Made by a program: the position numbers and the translations under genes
From: Nanobdellota archaeon
GTDB taxonomy: Archaea > Nanobdellota > Nanobdellia > Woesearchaeales > GW2011-AR4
Direction of reading: 5' to 3'
Assembly: GCA_038046685.1 (NCBI GenBank)
Contig: JBBSVT010000007.1
Coordinates: 1-59,043, forward strand
Length of the DNA: 59,043 bases
Notes under the pieces: model-generated
What the model was told of the DNA's origin: nothing
Databases searched by the model: none
What the model saw: the letters and a program-made list of their open reading frames with translations, nothing else
Part shown: one piece after another, positions 46,858 through 55,861 of the stretch
Numbering within the stretch: the stretch's first letter is position 1
How the letters are laid out: every line of letters starts with the position of its first letter

Positions 46858-48459
46858 TTAGCTTAAATTGTATTTTTCGCTTGCTAAAGTATTAATCATC
46901 TTTATACATTCAACTAAGATATTCTCAAAAACTTCTTTGAAGTTATTATTCAACCCAAACTTCTTTTTCGTATCTTCATAATTGTCTCCTTTTCTATGGG
47001 CTGAGCCAGTTGAACGGAGATTCTGCAAATTCTTCAAAAAATCAATCATGTCCGGAAAATAGAAATTATATCTTTGTACAAGATGCTTTTTGAAAACTTC
47101 AATACTTTGATCATTCTTCTTAAGCAGGAATTCTTCTTTTACTGATGTTTTAAGTTCTTCTTTCGATTCTTCTGAGATTAAGCCACTCTTTAGTTCTTTT
47201 ATATTTATTGAATCAATTATTATCTTTGTTAATGCTTGTACTAACTCGTCGAACTCTTTTTGAGATTCTTTAGTTGGTATCCTCAAAGTTTGATAATAGT
47301 GTTCATCTTCTTTATTCAACGGTAAAAATAGATGCCATCCATATTTTTTATACCATTTTTCTTGAAAGACTTTAAATTTTTGCTTGAAGTATAGGTCTGC
47401 GGTATCAGGATCACAAAACTCCGCCATAAAACTACGTTGGAAGCAACTATGACTCATTTTTCCATCAGTAATGGTATTATACTGTTTCCAATGCTTCTGT
47501 TCCTTATTTGAAAGATGACCCAAATCGCCTAGAAAGACCATTACATAATCTTTATGGCTATTGTCCATGCGTAACCCCCATAATACATGACAACTCAAAT
47601 AACCATCAGATACAGAATATTTTTCTGGCTGGTTGTAATATTTATCTAATACTTTTTTTTCAAAAAATGTAGGGGTTAGGTAATGCGGATTGCCTTTATT
47701 GGCACCAAAGTAATTTGCTAAATGCTTTTCATCACATGTAAAACTTTTTTTATTACTATCTTCATCCAACCCAACAAAAAATTCTTCGAATTCTTTTTCT
47801 TCGGAAAAGAGTTTTGATTTAAAAGAATCAGTAACTGAAATTATCTTCTTACCCATCACAATAGAGATGGATTTTTTTCCTTTAAACAATTGGGAATCAT
47901 TATTTAAAAATTGATGATAAATAAATTTATCACTTTCCTTTTTAAGATCGATTTTCTTTAGCCCTAAGTCTTCTATAGTATTATCTGAATACCTAATAAA
48001 ATCAAAAAATTGAGCTAAAACTAACTTTTTTGCAAAGAGATATTCTTTAAGGAACAATTTTTTGATTTTTACTTCTTTTTCAGATATAACAATTACCTCT
48101 TCTTCATCACCATTGTTATCTATATGTATAAATCTATTATGTTCTTTGTCTTCATATAAATTGAAGAAAATCTTAATATTTTCACATAATTCCCAATATT
48201 CTTTTTTAATACCATGAAATTGCCTTCTAATCAAAATTGGAATCACGTTTTCTGAACCATAAACATCATCTATGTGGAAATCCCAACTGTATTCTTTTAA
48301 TGACTCCTTCACATATTCTTTTTTTAATAAACAAGAATAGATAACTAAGTTATCATTTTTATCTTCTATAGATTTGTATAAGAAAGTCCAAGCGTCAGTA
48401 TCTTCACTTTCAAAAAAATCTGTCCAATCTTTAAATTGCATAAGTTCTGCTTCGTTCAT
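46858..48459 (-). CDS. 533-aa protein of unknown family with a C-terminal HEPN-like Rx5H motif
   Basis: It shares an ATGA start/stop overlap with the MTase gene and lies 5 nt before the Cas4-like gene. NLRSTGSAHRKG is at residues 480-491 (codons R482 = 47014-47016, H488 = 46996-46998), inside a helical C-terminal region. Confidence 0.6.
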   Translation of the reverse strand: MNEAELMQFKDWTDFFESEDTDAWTFLYKSIEDKNDNLVIYSCLLKKEYVKESLKEYSWDFHIDDVYGSENVIPILIRRQFHGIKKEYWELCENIKIFFNLYEDKEHNRFIHIDNNGDEEEVIVISEKEVKIKKLFLKEYLFAKKLVLAQFFDFIRYSDNTIEDLGLKKIDLKKESDKFIYHQFLNNDSQLFKGKKSISIVMGKKIISVTDSFKSKLFSEEKEFEEFFVGLDEDSNKKSFTCDEKHLANYFGANKGNPHYLTPTFFEKKVLDKYYNQPEKYSVSDGYLSCHVLWGLRMDNSHKDYVMVFLGDLGHLSNKEQKHWKQYNTITDGKMSHSCFQRSFMAEFCDPDTADLYFKQKFKVFQEKWYKKYGWHLFLPLNKEDEHYYQTLRIPTKESQKEFDELVQALTKIIIDSINIKELKSGLISEESKEELKTSVKEEFLLKKNDQSIEVFKKHLVQRYNFYFPDMIDFLKNLQNLRSTGSAHRKGDNYEDTKKKFGLNNNFKEVFENILVECIKMINTLASEKYNLS

Positions 48460-51400
48460 TTGTCATCTCCAAACTCCTCAACAATCTTAATTTCTTCAGG
48501 AGTTAATTCATAGAGCCTGTAAACAAGCTGATCAATTTCTTTTTCAAGCTTTTTGACTTTGGATTGTTTGGTTGAATTGTCTAAATAATCTGTATCTTTA
48601 GTGAATAAGAGAATCTGATTGACGAGATGGATTATGGGTTGTTGAATTTCTTTTTTCTTTAACTTTTCATGGATTGGTAATGTTTTAAGAAATGTCCCCG
48701 CATAAAACCTATAGCCGTTTTGCCTAATCGGACAAACAATTTGATAGTAAAACTCAGCAAGTTTACTATTCAATAATCCGAGAAGGATTAAATTATTTAT
48801 ATAATCATCAATTGAATAAATTGAATATATACTCCCTCCAGTGAAGAATAACCCTTCCTTATCCAAACAAAACTCATTTTTTTTACATAAAGCTTGTGTT
48901 AGTATTTTCTCTCTTATTACCTTTTCAAAAGAGGAATGTCTCATTAAACCATACCAATAACTTCCTTCTTCAGATAAATCAGTACGAGAATCTTTTCTTT
49001 TTTCCAATAGAGATTTATTCTTTCTTAAATATTCATAAACTTTAGGGGATTGTTTTTTTAATTCATTTTCTTTAACAAGTATAGTTTTATTATTCACTTT
49101 TGTATAGGGGTATATTACAAAAAAGTTAGTTTTAGATAAATGGTACTTATCCGTCTCCGATGGTCTTAATAGTGCGAAAACAAATGGTTGATTCTCCAGA
49201 TCCTTATATTTTCCTTTTTTAAAAACAAGAATCTTGTCAGAGCCAGTTACCAAACCATACTCAATGTTAGCGATATCGTTCAAAATATTTTTTGAAGTAT
49301 TCTTTAATTTATTGACGACTCTAATGTTATCCATGTTTTCTAGCTCCCAAGAATTGTCTGTAAGACTATCCTTCATTATTTTATAATTGTTTTTTAAAAT
49401 ATAAATTGATAAATTTTCATTTAGATTAAAATTTTCAGCATTAGAAAATAAGAAGTAATCCATATCATTATCTTTGACGAAAGAAAAAACAGATGTGTAA
49501 TTGGTTGCAGATTCAAAAATCTGATTGTCTCCAAAATAGACCATAGAATTAAGAGGATTTTTCATTATTTCCCTTATTCTCCTGCCATATTCTGTTTTTG
49601 TGAATTGTGAAGATGTTATGAATGTAGCAAAACCTTTATGATTAACCAATTTAAAACTTAATTCAATAAATAATATTGAGACATCTATTCTTTTGTAAGC
49701 ACTGTAATAAATTTTTTTGTATATGTCTATCTCCTCATGAGATAAATTCTGAACTCTGACATAAGGTGGATTAGCAATCACCACATCAAATCCCGGATTC
49801 TCTCTCTGAAAAACTTCCGCAAAGTACAGCTTCCATAAAAAGAATGGCTTGGATTTGTTTTTCTTGTACTGCTGCAATTTCTTCATCGCTTCTTCGTTGC
49901 CTTGTTCTTTTAGTGTTTCCTCAACTAATTCCCATTCAATCCTTTCAATGTTATCTCTGTACTGTTTCTTGAGTTTCCTGTTTTGCTCGTTAAAGAATTT
50001 CTGTTGTAATTCCCTTAATTCTTTAAGCTTCTTCTGTGATTCCTTAATTCTTTTTTGCAATGAATCACCAATAGTTGCTTGCTGCACTTGTTCTTTTGGC
50101 GTAGAAAGTATCTGCTCTTTCTTTTTTTGTAACTTCTTTATTTCGTTTACAATATCTTTGCTCCTGCCATTATGATTCTTAATCTTGCCTGTGTGTATCT
50201 GATGTAGTTCCTGATTAAGCTTTGAAATCTCTGCATTAATCTGCTTTACCTCAAAAGAATAATCCTTTTTTACTTCTCCAAGTAGCTTGTCATCAAACAG
50301 CTTTACTCCTTCAAACTCCTCAAGCAAGCTGTTGCCGCACATTATCTTATGGTCTAAGTTTGGCAATGGCTTTATGTTTTTCATGTCCAACTCATCAACG
50401 ATCAAAGAAAGCCAGAATCTCAACTTTGCTATGTCCACAGCAGAAGAGTCTATGTCAACACCATACAAGCAATTCTCAATCACTTCCCTTTTCAAGCTGT
50501 AGTTTGTCCTTTCTTTTTGCTCTTCATCATTAAAGAATATGCTTAATATGGACCTTGCCTTAACTATTTCGTTCATCATTCCTACAGGGAATGCTCCTGA
50601 ACCGACAGCTGGGTCAACTATCTTGATATTCTTTAATAAGTCATCAATCTTCCTATAATTTTCCCTGATTGATTTAGGCAATTTATGCTCTTTATCAGAA
50701 ACATAAGATCGCCCATATCTTTTCACATTTTCCTTTTCTTTGACTAAAATATCGATGGCAAAATCTCCAAGCTGTATGAATTTTTCAATATCTTTCCTAT
50801 CAATCCCAGAATTTGTTTCCAGATAGTTAATTAGCGACTGCTGGCACATATAATGCACTATTTCTCTTGGAGTGTAATAGGCGCCTTGCCCTTTCCTGAT
50901 ATTTTCTTCAATAAGATTTTCAAATACTTTACCAAGCATTTCAGGATCGATGGCAACTTCTTTTTCCAAAGGCTCGTCTTCCTTGACTGTGAAGTTATAT
51001 TTATCAAAAGTATTCAAAATGTTCTCGAAAATTGGGTTATCTAATAGTAAATCAGTTTCACGCCAATTGTATTCATTTATTGGCTCAAACAAGCCTCCAT
51101 TTAAGAAAGGTATTTTGCATTCAAACCTGCTGTAATAATCATCATCTCTTTCTGTTGCCAAAGCCTCATAAAACAATGGCTCTAAAACATCATTAAAGAA
51201 ATTTTTATAATTTTTCTTCTCAAAGAGCTTTCTTAAGAAATTCTTAGGCCCAGAGCCCCAACCCATAAACTTTCCAGACTTGTCTTTCTGGACTCCAAGC
51301 CAGCCTTTTTTCTGCAGGAAATAAATAAATACTATCTGTCCAAGCAATTTCTTGGCAAAATCAACAGTAGATATTGCATTTTCCTCAAATTCCTTTCTGA

Positions 51401-52049
51401 TAAAAGAATCTTTATTAATATGCCTCTCCAAAGCATCCTTAAGTTTCAAATAAAGCTCTTTGTACTCAGTAAAGAACTCTTTAGTAACCTTATCAATGCT
51501 GAAAGCCTCTTCAATCTCCCCTACAGATGGATTTATTTCATCTTCCATCACCAATTCCAAGAATTGTCTTTTGCATGTATGATTTGGCTCATTTATGCCC
51601 ACTAGAAATGAGTACCTTTTAGCTGGCGTTAATTCTTTTGCAACTTTTGCCTTTCCTTCTTCATCTTTCAGAAGGTTATATTCCATCTTTACAAATGAGA
51701 AACGCCAGTCTTCATCATCACCATAAAAAGCAACAAGTGCAGCATCCTTGTCAGCATTGCCTAAATATTTGGCAATGAAATTTCTTTGCATTGTCCTTGC
51801 CCTGTCGCGGGAACTTGTTCTTTTTAATTTGACAATTAAAACATCAATAACCTTTTTTGATTTGTCCGTATAGCTCCCTATAGAATTATAAGATTCAATA
51901 TAATCCTGGTACTCATTCCAGACTGTCCAGCTTTTTTGGTTTATATTGAAATTGTTAAACAATTCCTTGATAAATTTCGCAAATCTGTGAGTATCAAAAT
52001 CATTGCTAAAAGTTTCATCTAGCAGTTTTATGGCGTTTTGTTTATCCAT
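48456..52049 (-). CDS. large Eco57I/PglX-like gamma-class N6-adenine DNA methyltransferase with a TaqI_C-type target-recognition region
   Basis: The 1197-aa ORF carries GAYYTPREIVHYM, IVDPAVGSGAFPV and YGVDID. A roughly 150-aa K/E/Q-rich coiled-coil insertion is followed by FDVVIANPPYV, then LLGLLNSKLAEFYY. Confidence 0.85.
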   Translation of the reverse strand: MDKQNAIKLLDETFSNDFDTHRFAKFIKELFNNFNINQKSWTVWNEYQDYIESYNSIGSYTDKSKKVIDVLIVKLKRTSSRDRARTMQRNFIAKYLGNADKDAALVAFYGDDEDWRFSFVKMEYNLLKDEEGKAKVAKELTPAKRYSFLVGINEPNHTCKRQFLELVMEDEINPSVGEIEEAFSIDKVTKEFFTEYKELYLKLKDALERHINKDSFIRKEFEENAISTVDFAKKLLGQIVFIYFLQKKGWLGVQKDKSGKFMGWGSGPKNFLRKLFEKKNYKNFFNDVLEPLFYEALATERDDDYYSRFECKIPFLNGGLFEPINEYNWRETDLLLDNPIFENILNTFDKYNFTVKEDEPLEKEVAIDPEMLGKVFENLIEENIRKGQGAYYTPREIVHYMCQQSLINYLETNSGIDRKDIEKFIQLGDFAIDILVKEKENVKRYGRSYVSDKEHKLPKSIRENYRKIDDLLKNIKIVDPAVGSGAFPVGMMNEIVKARSILSIFFNDEEQKERTNYSLKREVIENCLYGVDIDSSAVDIAKLRFWLSLIVDELDMKNIKPLPNLDHKIMCGNSLLEEFEGVKLFDDKLLGEVKKDYSFEVKQINAEISKLNQELHQIHTGKIKNHNGRSKDIVNEIKKLQKKKEQILSTPKEQVQQATIGDSLQKRIKESQKKLKELRELQQKFFNEQNRKLKKQYRDNIERIEWELVEETLKEQGNEEAMKKLQQYKKNKSKPFFLWKLYFAEVFQRENPGFDVVIANPPYVRVQNLSHEEIDIYKKIYYSAYKRIDVSILFIELSFKLVNHKGFATFITSSQFTKTEYGRRIREIMKNPLNSMVYFGDNQIFESATNYTSVFSFVKDNDMDYFLFSNAENFNLNENLSIYILKNNYKIMKDSLTDNSWELENMDNIRVVNKLKNTSKNILNDIANIEYGLVTGSDKILVFKKGKYKDLENQPFVFALLRPSETDKYHLSKTNFFVIYPYTKVNNKTILVKENELKKQSPKVYEYLRKNKSLLEKRKDSRTDLSEEGSYWYGLMRHSSFEKVIREKILTQALCKKNEFCLDKEGLFFTGGSIYSIYSIDDYINNLILLGLLNSKLAEFYYQIVCPIRQNGYRFYAGTFLKTLPIHEKLKKKEIQQPIIHLVNQILLFTKDTDYLDNSTKQSKVKKLEKEIDQLVYRLYELTPEEIKIVEEFGDDK

Positions 52050-55000
52050 TCTTAATCAGATACTCAGATAGAATTACTTCTTTAGGGCCTGAAATATCAG
52101 CTGAGCCCTTGGCAAATGTTCCCTGAAACACACTGGGCGATATTCCAGATTTGACCTTTGCAAGTATTTTGAGAGGATTTATCTCGTTGCCAATTTCTTT
52201 AACTATTCTTTTTATTGTTGCTTTGGCAATTCCACCTTCTTTTAATATCCTTAAGACTTCCTGCAAATATTCCTCATCTTCATCAGTGAACTCTTTGGCT
52301 TTGATTATTGATTTAATTATCTTAATCAGTTTTCCTTCTTGGCTTCTTCCGCCAGCTGATTTAGGCTCATCTACCTCTTGGATGAATACTGCATCAAATT
52401 CTTTTTTATTTAATTCAAGATGCTTGTAGAATTCGGCATCCAATTTCTCCCGCTTTAATTCTTTTTCAGATTCCAGAAGTTTTGCCGCTTTAATAAAATC
52501 AATTTCATCAACAATGCTTCCATTAGTCATTAATATTTTTCTAAGCTTCCCTTTCCTGAAAAATGTTAAAACTGAATTTCCACTACCAGAATATTTTTTT
52601 GCGGTTCTTGCTTTTTTAGGCAGTTTCTTTATCTTCTCAACCAAATCCGGATTCTTGTCTCTTATTTCCCTTAAGAAAGTAAGATATCTTAGTTCAGTAT
52701 CATCTTCTTCATCTTCTCCAGTAATAATCTTTTTGGATGTTAATTTAGTAAACAAGTCATGGGACTTTACTTCTTCATCGGTAAGAAGCCTTGCATCATT
52801 ACCGAGCATCTCAATAAATGCTTTAATCTTTGATTCGGCTGCTTCTGTTAAGCTAATCTCTTGGTTTATAGGTCCTGCTGGGAAAAAATTATATGTGTAA
52901 ATTGTGCTATATGGTGGATTTTTGCTTACTCTATTCACACGACCAACTCTTTGCATCATTCGGACAGGATTCCAAGGAATGTCATAATTTATTACAACAT
53001 TTGAACGATGCAAGCTCACTCCTTCAGATAATATATCTGTTGAAATTAATATTCTAACGTCATCTTTCTGTTTGTGCTTAGGGTAATTTGCATCATAATT
53101 CTCAATGGTTCTCAATCTGTCTGATTCAGAAGAATTGCTTGAGAAAGCCATGACTTTATTGTCAAATTTAGGATTTAATTTTGCATAAAGATAGTCTGCT
53201 GTTTCTTTTGATTCTGTAAAGACTAATAGCTTATGCTCCTTGAGTATCTTTTCTTTGGATAATCTTTTAATAAACTCATCCAGCTTTGGATCTTCGTTTA
53301 CATTCTTCCACATTCCTTCAATTTTCTCAAGAAGCTTAAAATCATGCTCTAAATCCCTTATGAGATGCGGCAGGAAATCTTTGGAGGAATATTCAGAGGC
53401 TTTCTCGCTTTCAATTAATTCTTGTATTGCTTCCCTATCATCATCTTCAAGGAACTCAAAAATCTTATTGATATGTTTTTTGCTGACATACACTCTTCCT
53501 TTTTTGTATTCTTCAATAAATCGTTTATATGAATGAATAAACCTATTAACAGACATCTTAAACGCAAAGAAACTGCTCTCAAGCCTTTTAAGAAGCAATA
53601 TTTTCATGAACTTCCCCATGTTTTTCTGGGAAATTTCTTCGGGCTGGGAAATCTCTTTTTTAGCAGGGTCTAGGTATAATAAGGGCGTATATCTTGCATA
53701 TTTGAATTCCTTAATAATAAGCTCAAGAGTCTTATTGAAAATCTTATCCAACTCTTCGTTAAAATGATAGACTATTGGCTCAGGATCAGCCACATCAGGA
53801 AATTTTAAGCCTTGAGTTTGCAAGTCTTTTCCGTAATATTTAGAAATGTTGTTTCTTGTCCTTCTAACCATTAGATGATGCAAAACATTTTCTCTTATGT
53901 CTTCAGCATTTTCCTTTATTATCCTTAAATATTCATCTTTATCTTTTTGCCTATTAAGACCTTTAAGATTATTTTGAAGTTTCTTAAAGTATTTTTCCAA
54001 GTCCCTAACTTTTGGGCTTGGAAGTGTTGACTTATGGGCGTATTGGAATAGCTTTATTTGGCTTAAAATATCTAAAGGAGTATTATTAAGTGGAGTTGCT
54101 GAAACAAGAATTACTCTTTTTCCTCTGCAAATCTCAAACAGCTTTTCATACATTTGAGTTGATTCTGTTCTGAATCTATGTGCTTCATCAATGATTATAT
54201 TCTTATATTTTTCAGTTCCTCTTTGAATTACTTTATCAAGCATCCCAATTGACTCATACTCTGCTTGTCTGACTCCAAACTCATAAAATACATTTCTCCA
54301 AGAGCCAGGATTATCCTTATCAAGTAACGTGGGGGGAGCAATAACTAATGTTCCGCCATCTAATTGCAGGGCAAGCATTGCAGAAACAAATGTCTTCCCT
54401 AAACCAACAACATCAGAAATAAACACGCCGCCATATTCACTTAATTTCATCTTTGCATCTATAACAGCATCTTTCTGATATTTTAAGTCCATAAAATTTT
54501 CGGGAAGATAGTCTTTGAAAATATCCTCTTGGTCAATATTGATTTTTTCTTTCAAAAATTCATACAAAAACTTTAAGTATAATTCGTATGGTGTTATTTC
54601 ATCATTCAGCCAAGTTTTATTCTTGATTGTTTCAACATATTTTTCAGAAACATCAACAGCATTTTCCCAAAGCTCATTGAATTTCTTTAGCGAAAATTCA
54701 TAATCAGAACGGTTTTTCAATTCAACATTAAACTCAATATTATCTCTTAATCCTGATTTTGTAAAATTGCTTGAGCCAGTTATTACTCTTCCAACATCCC
54801 TGTCGCCTTCTTTAAAAGTCATTATGTATAATTTTGCGTGAATTGTATCAGCAGGATATACTTTTATCTCCAGTTTGCCAGACCTAAGCCATTCAATAAA
54901 TTTGTGAATCCCTTCTTCGATATCATAAGAATCTTTTGAGGACTCCATTTCTTGCACAATTTGGCTAGTAAACTGTTCTTTAGTTTCCTTAGTAGAAGAG

Positions 55001-55248
55001 GGCAATGTCTGCTGAACTTCTTTCTTAGACTCAACTAATAATCCAAAAGTTTCTTTGTCTGTACTAATCCCAATCAAAACCCTGATTTTTTCTGTTTTTT
55101 CTAATGATTTATAGATGCTGTAAAAACCGCTTGTATAGAAATATCCAACTAAACAATCAAAATAACGAGTATCTTTTATAAGAGTAACAAACCTATTTAA
55201 TAAACTCTTACCTTCTTCATTAGTTATGAAGGTTAAATCACTTGACAT
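52042..55248 (-). CDS. PLD-family nuclease domain fused to an SNF2/SF2 helicase
   Basis: The 1068-aa ORF has N-terminal FDCLVGYFYTSGF and TIHAKLYIM...VITGSSNFT (a single HKD-like motif, H137/K139). Helicase motifs are VVGLGKT, IIIDEAHRF, LVSATPLNN, ILISTDILSEGVSLH and MQRVGRVNR. Confidence 0.85.
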   Translation of the reverse strand: MSSDLTFITNEEGKSLLNRFVTLIKDTRYFDCLVGYFYTSGFYSIYKSLEKTEKIRVLIGISTDKETFGLLVESKKEVQQTLPSSTKETKEQFTSQIVQEMESSKDSYDIEEGIHKFIEWLRSGKLEIKVYPADTIHAKLYIMTFKEGDRDVGRVITGSSNFTKSGLRDNIEFNVELKNRSDYEFSLKKFNELWENAVDVSEKYVETIKNKTWLNDEITPYELYLKFLYEFLKEKINIDQEDIFKDYLPENFMDLKYQKDAVIDAKMKLSEYGGVFISDVVGLGKTFVSAMLALQLDGGTLVIAPPTLLDKDNPGSWRNVFYEFGVRQAEYESIGMLDKVIQRGTEKYKNIIIDEAHRFRTESTQMYEKLFEICRGKRVILVSATPLNNTPLDILSQIKLFQYAHKSTLPSPKVRDLEKYFKKLQNNLKGLNRQKDKDEYLRIIKENAEDIRENVLHHLMVRRTRNNISKYYGKDLQTQGLKFPDVADPEPIVYHFNEELDKIFNKTLELIIKEFKYARYTPLLYLDPAKKEISQPEEISQKNMGKFMKILLLKRLESSFFAFKMSVNRFIHSYKRFIEEYKKGRVYVSKKHINKIFEFLEDDDREAIQELIESEKASEYSSKDFLPHLIRDLEHDFKLLEKIEGMWKNVNEDPKLDEFIKRLSKEKILKEHKLLVFTESKETADYLYAKLNPKFDNKVMAFSSNSSESDRLRTIENYDANYPKHKQKDDVRILISTDILSEGVSLHRSNVVINYDIPWNPVRMMQRVGRVNRVSKNPPYSTIYTYNFFPAGPINQEISLTEAAESKIKAFIEMLGNDARLLTDEEVKSHDLFTKLTSKKIITGEDEEDDTELRYLTFLREIRDKNPDLVEKIKKLPKKARTAKKYSGSGNSVLTFFRKGKLRKILMTNGSIVDEIDFIKAAKLLESEKELKREKLDAEFYKHLELNKKEFDAVFIQEVDEPKSAGGRSQEGKLIKIIKSIIKAKEFTDEDEEYLQEVLRILKEGGIAKATIKRIVKEIGNEINPLKILAKVKSGISPSVFQGTFAKGSADISGPKEVILSEYLIKNG

Positions 55249-55390
55249 TTTTTTGCCCTCTTTTATCTAACTCTAATTCCATGCACTTCTCAAACTGCCT
55301 TGAAACAATCCAGCCTTCTTTTTTACATAGTTCCCTGTATTTATCGTAAAGTTCAGTATTTACTTTCAAGGTAATGTTTTTTGTTGTCAT
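55238..55390 (-). CDS. 50-aa ribbon-helix-helix leader protein, paralogue of the 10554-10700 ORF
   Basis: MTTKNITLKVNTELYDKYRELCKKEGWIVSRQFEKCMELELDKRGQKNVK overlaps the helicase gene start by 11 nt. The track version starts 10 codons upstream at 55420, which cannot be excluded. Confidence 0.6.
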   Translation of the reverse strand: MTTKNITLKVNTELYDKYRELCKKEGWIVSRQFEKCMELELDKRGQKNVK

Positions 55391-55454
55391 ACCCTCCCCA
55401 AGTAATGCAAATAACCGCACATATTTATAAATGTTTTTGTAGGATATTGCAGAC

Positions 55455-55841
55455 TCAAATAATAATCTCCCCTACCTTCCCCAAATCCCTCTGCTTCAAA
55501 ACCATCACTTTCATATTTGCAGCTGCCAATATCATTAGTTTTCTTTCAAACTTTTCATTATATTCAGGATCATCCATACCTTTGTATTCAACGATCAAGC
55601 CGTTCAATCCCGGCAAGATAAAGTCGGGTCTAATCCATTCTCCGTCTATTTCAATCAAAGAATCATAAACGTAGTCAATTCCGCATTCATAAATTCTGTC
55701 AGCAATTATTCTCTCGCCTTCTGATTGCACTCCATGCCCTGCTTTTGCCATGAACTTCAGATTCTTTTCTATTTCTTTGTTGAATTCTTCTCTCATACTC
55801 ACAGAATTGGTCACGTGTTTGAAGGTTTGGAGTAAGCTCAT
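55455..55841 (-). CDS. Vsr/DUF559-like PD-(D/E)xK endonuclease-fold protein
   Basis: SEGERIIADRIYECGIDYVYDSLIEIDGEWIRPDFILPGLNGLIVEYKG fits the E...D-F...(I/V)E-x-(K/D)G layout of DUF559/Vsr-like domains. Confidence 0.45.
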   Translation of the reverse strand: MSLLQTFKHVTNSVSMREEFNKEIEKNLKFMAKAGHGVQSEGERIIADRIYECGIDYVYDSLIEIDGEWIRPDFILPGLNGLIVEYKGMDDPEYNEKFERKLMILAAANMKVMVLKQRDLGKVGEIII

Positions 55842-55861
55842 TTTGACATATTTATCCTATT

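Noticed and set aside
48456-52049. N-terminal region of the 1197-aa MTase as an active MmeI-like PD-ExK nuclease (which would make it a Type IIG/IIL enzyme)
   Set aside because: The only candidate pattern, IDVLIVKLK, lacks the acidic residue of the (D/E)xK triad. With a dedicated PLD nuclease-helicase encoded next door, an active nuclease here is not supported by what can be read from the sequence.
46193-55390. Classifying the large operon as BREX, DISARM, Type I, Type III or Type ISP
   Set aside because: - No PglZ, BrxC or BrxL-like gene is present, which rules out BREX.
- No DrmA helicase or DUF1998 DrmB is present, which rules out DISARM.
- There is no HsdS/HsdR or Res subunit.
- The nuclease-helicase and the MTase-TRD are separate polypeptides with a PLD rather than an Mrr nuclease, which argues against Type ISP.
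- Only partial resemblance remains, so it is reported as unclassified.
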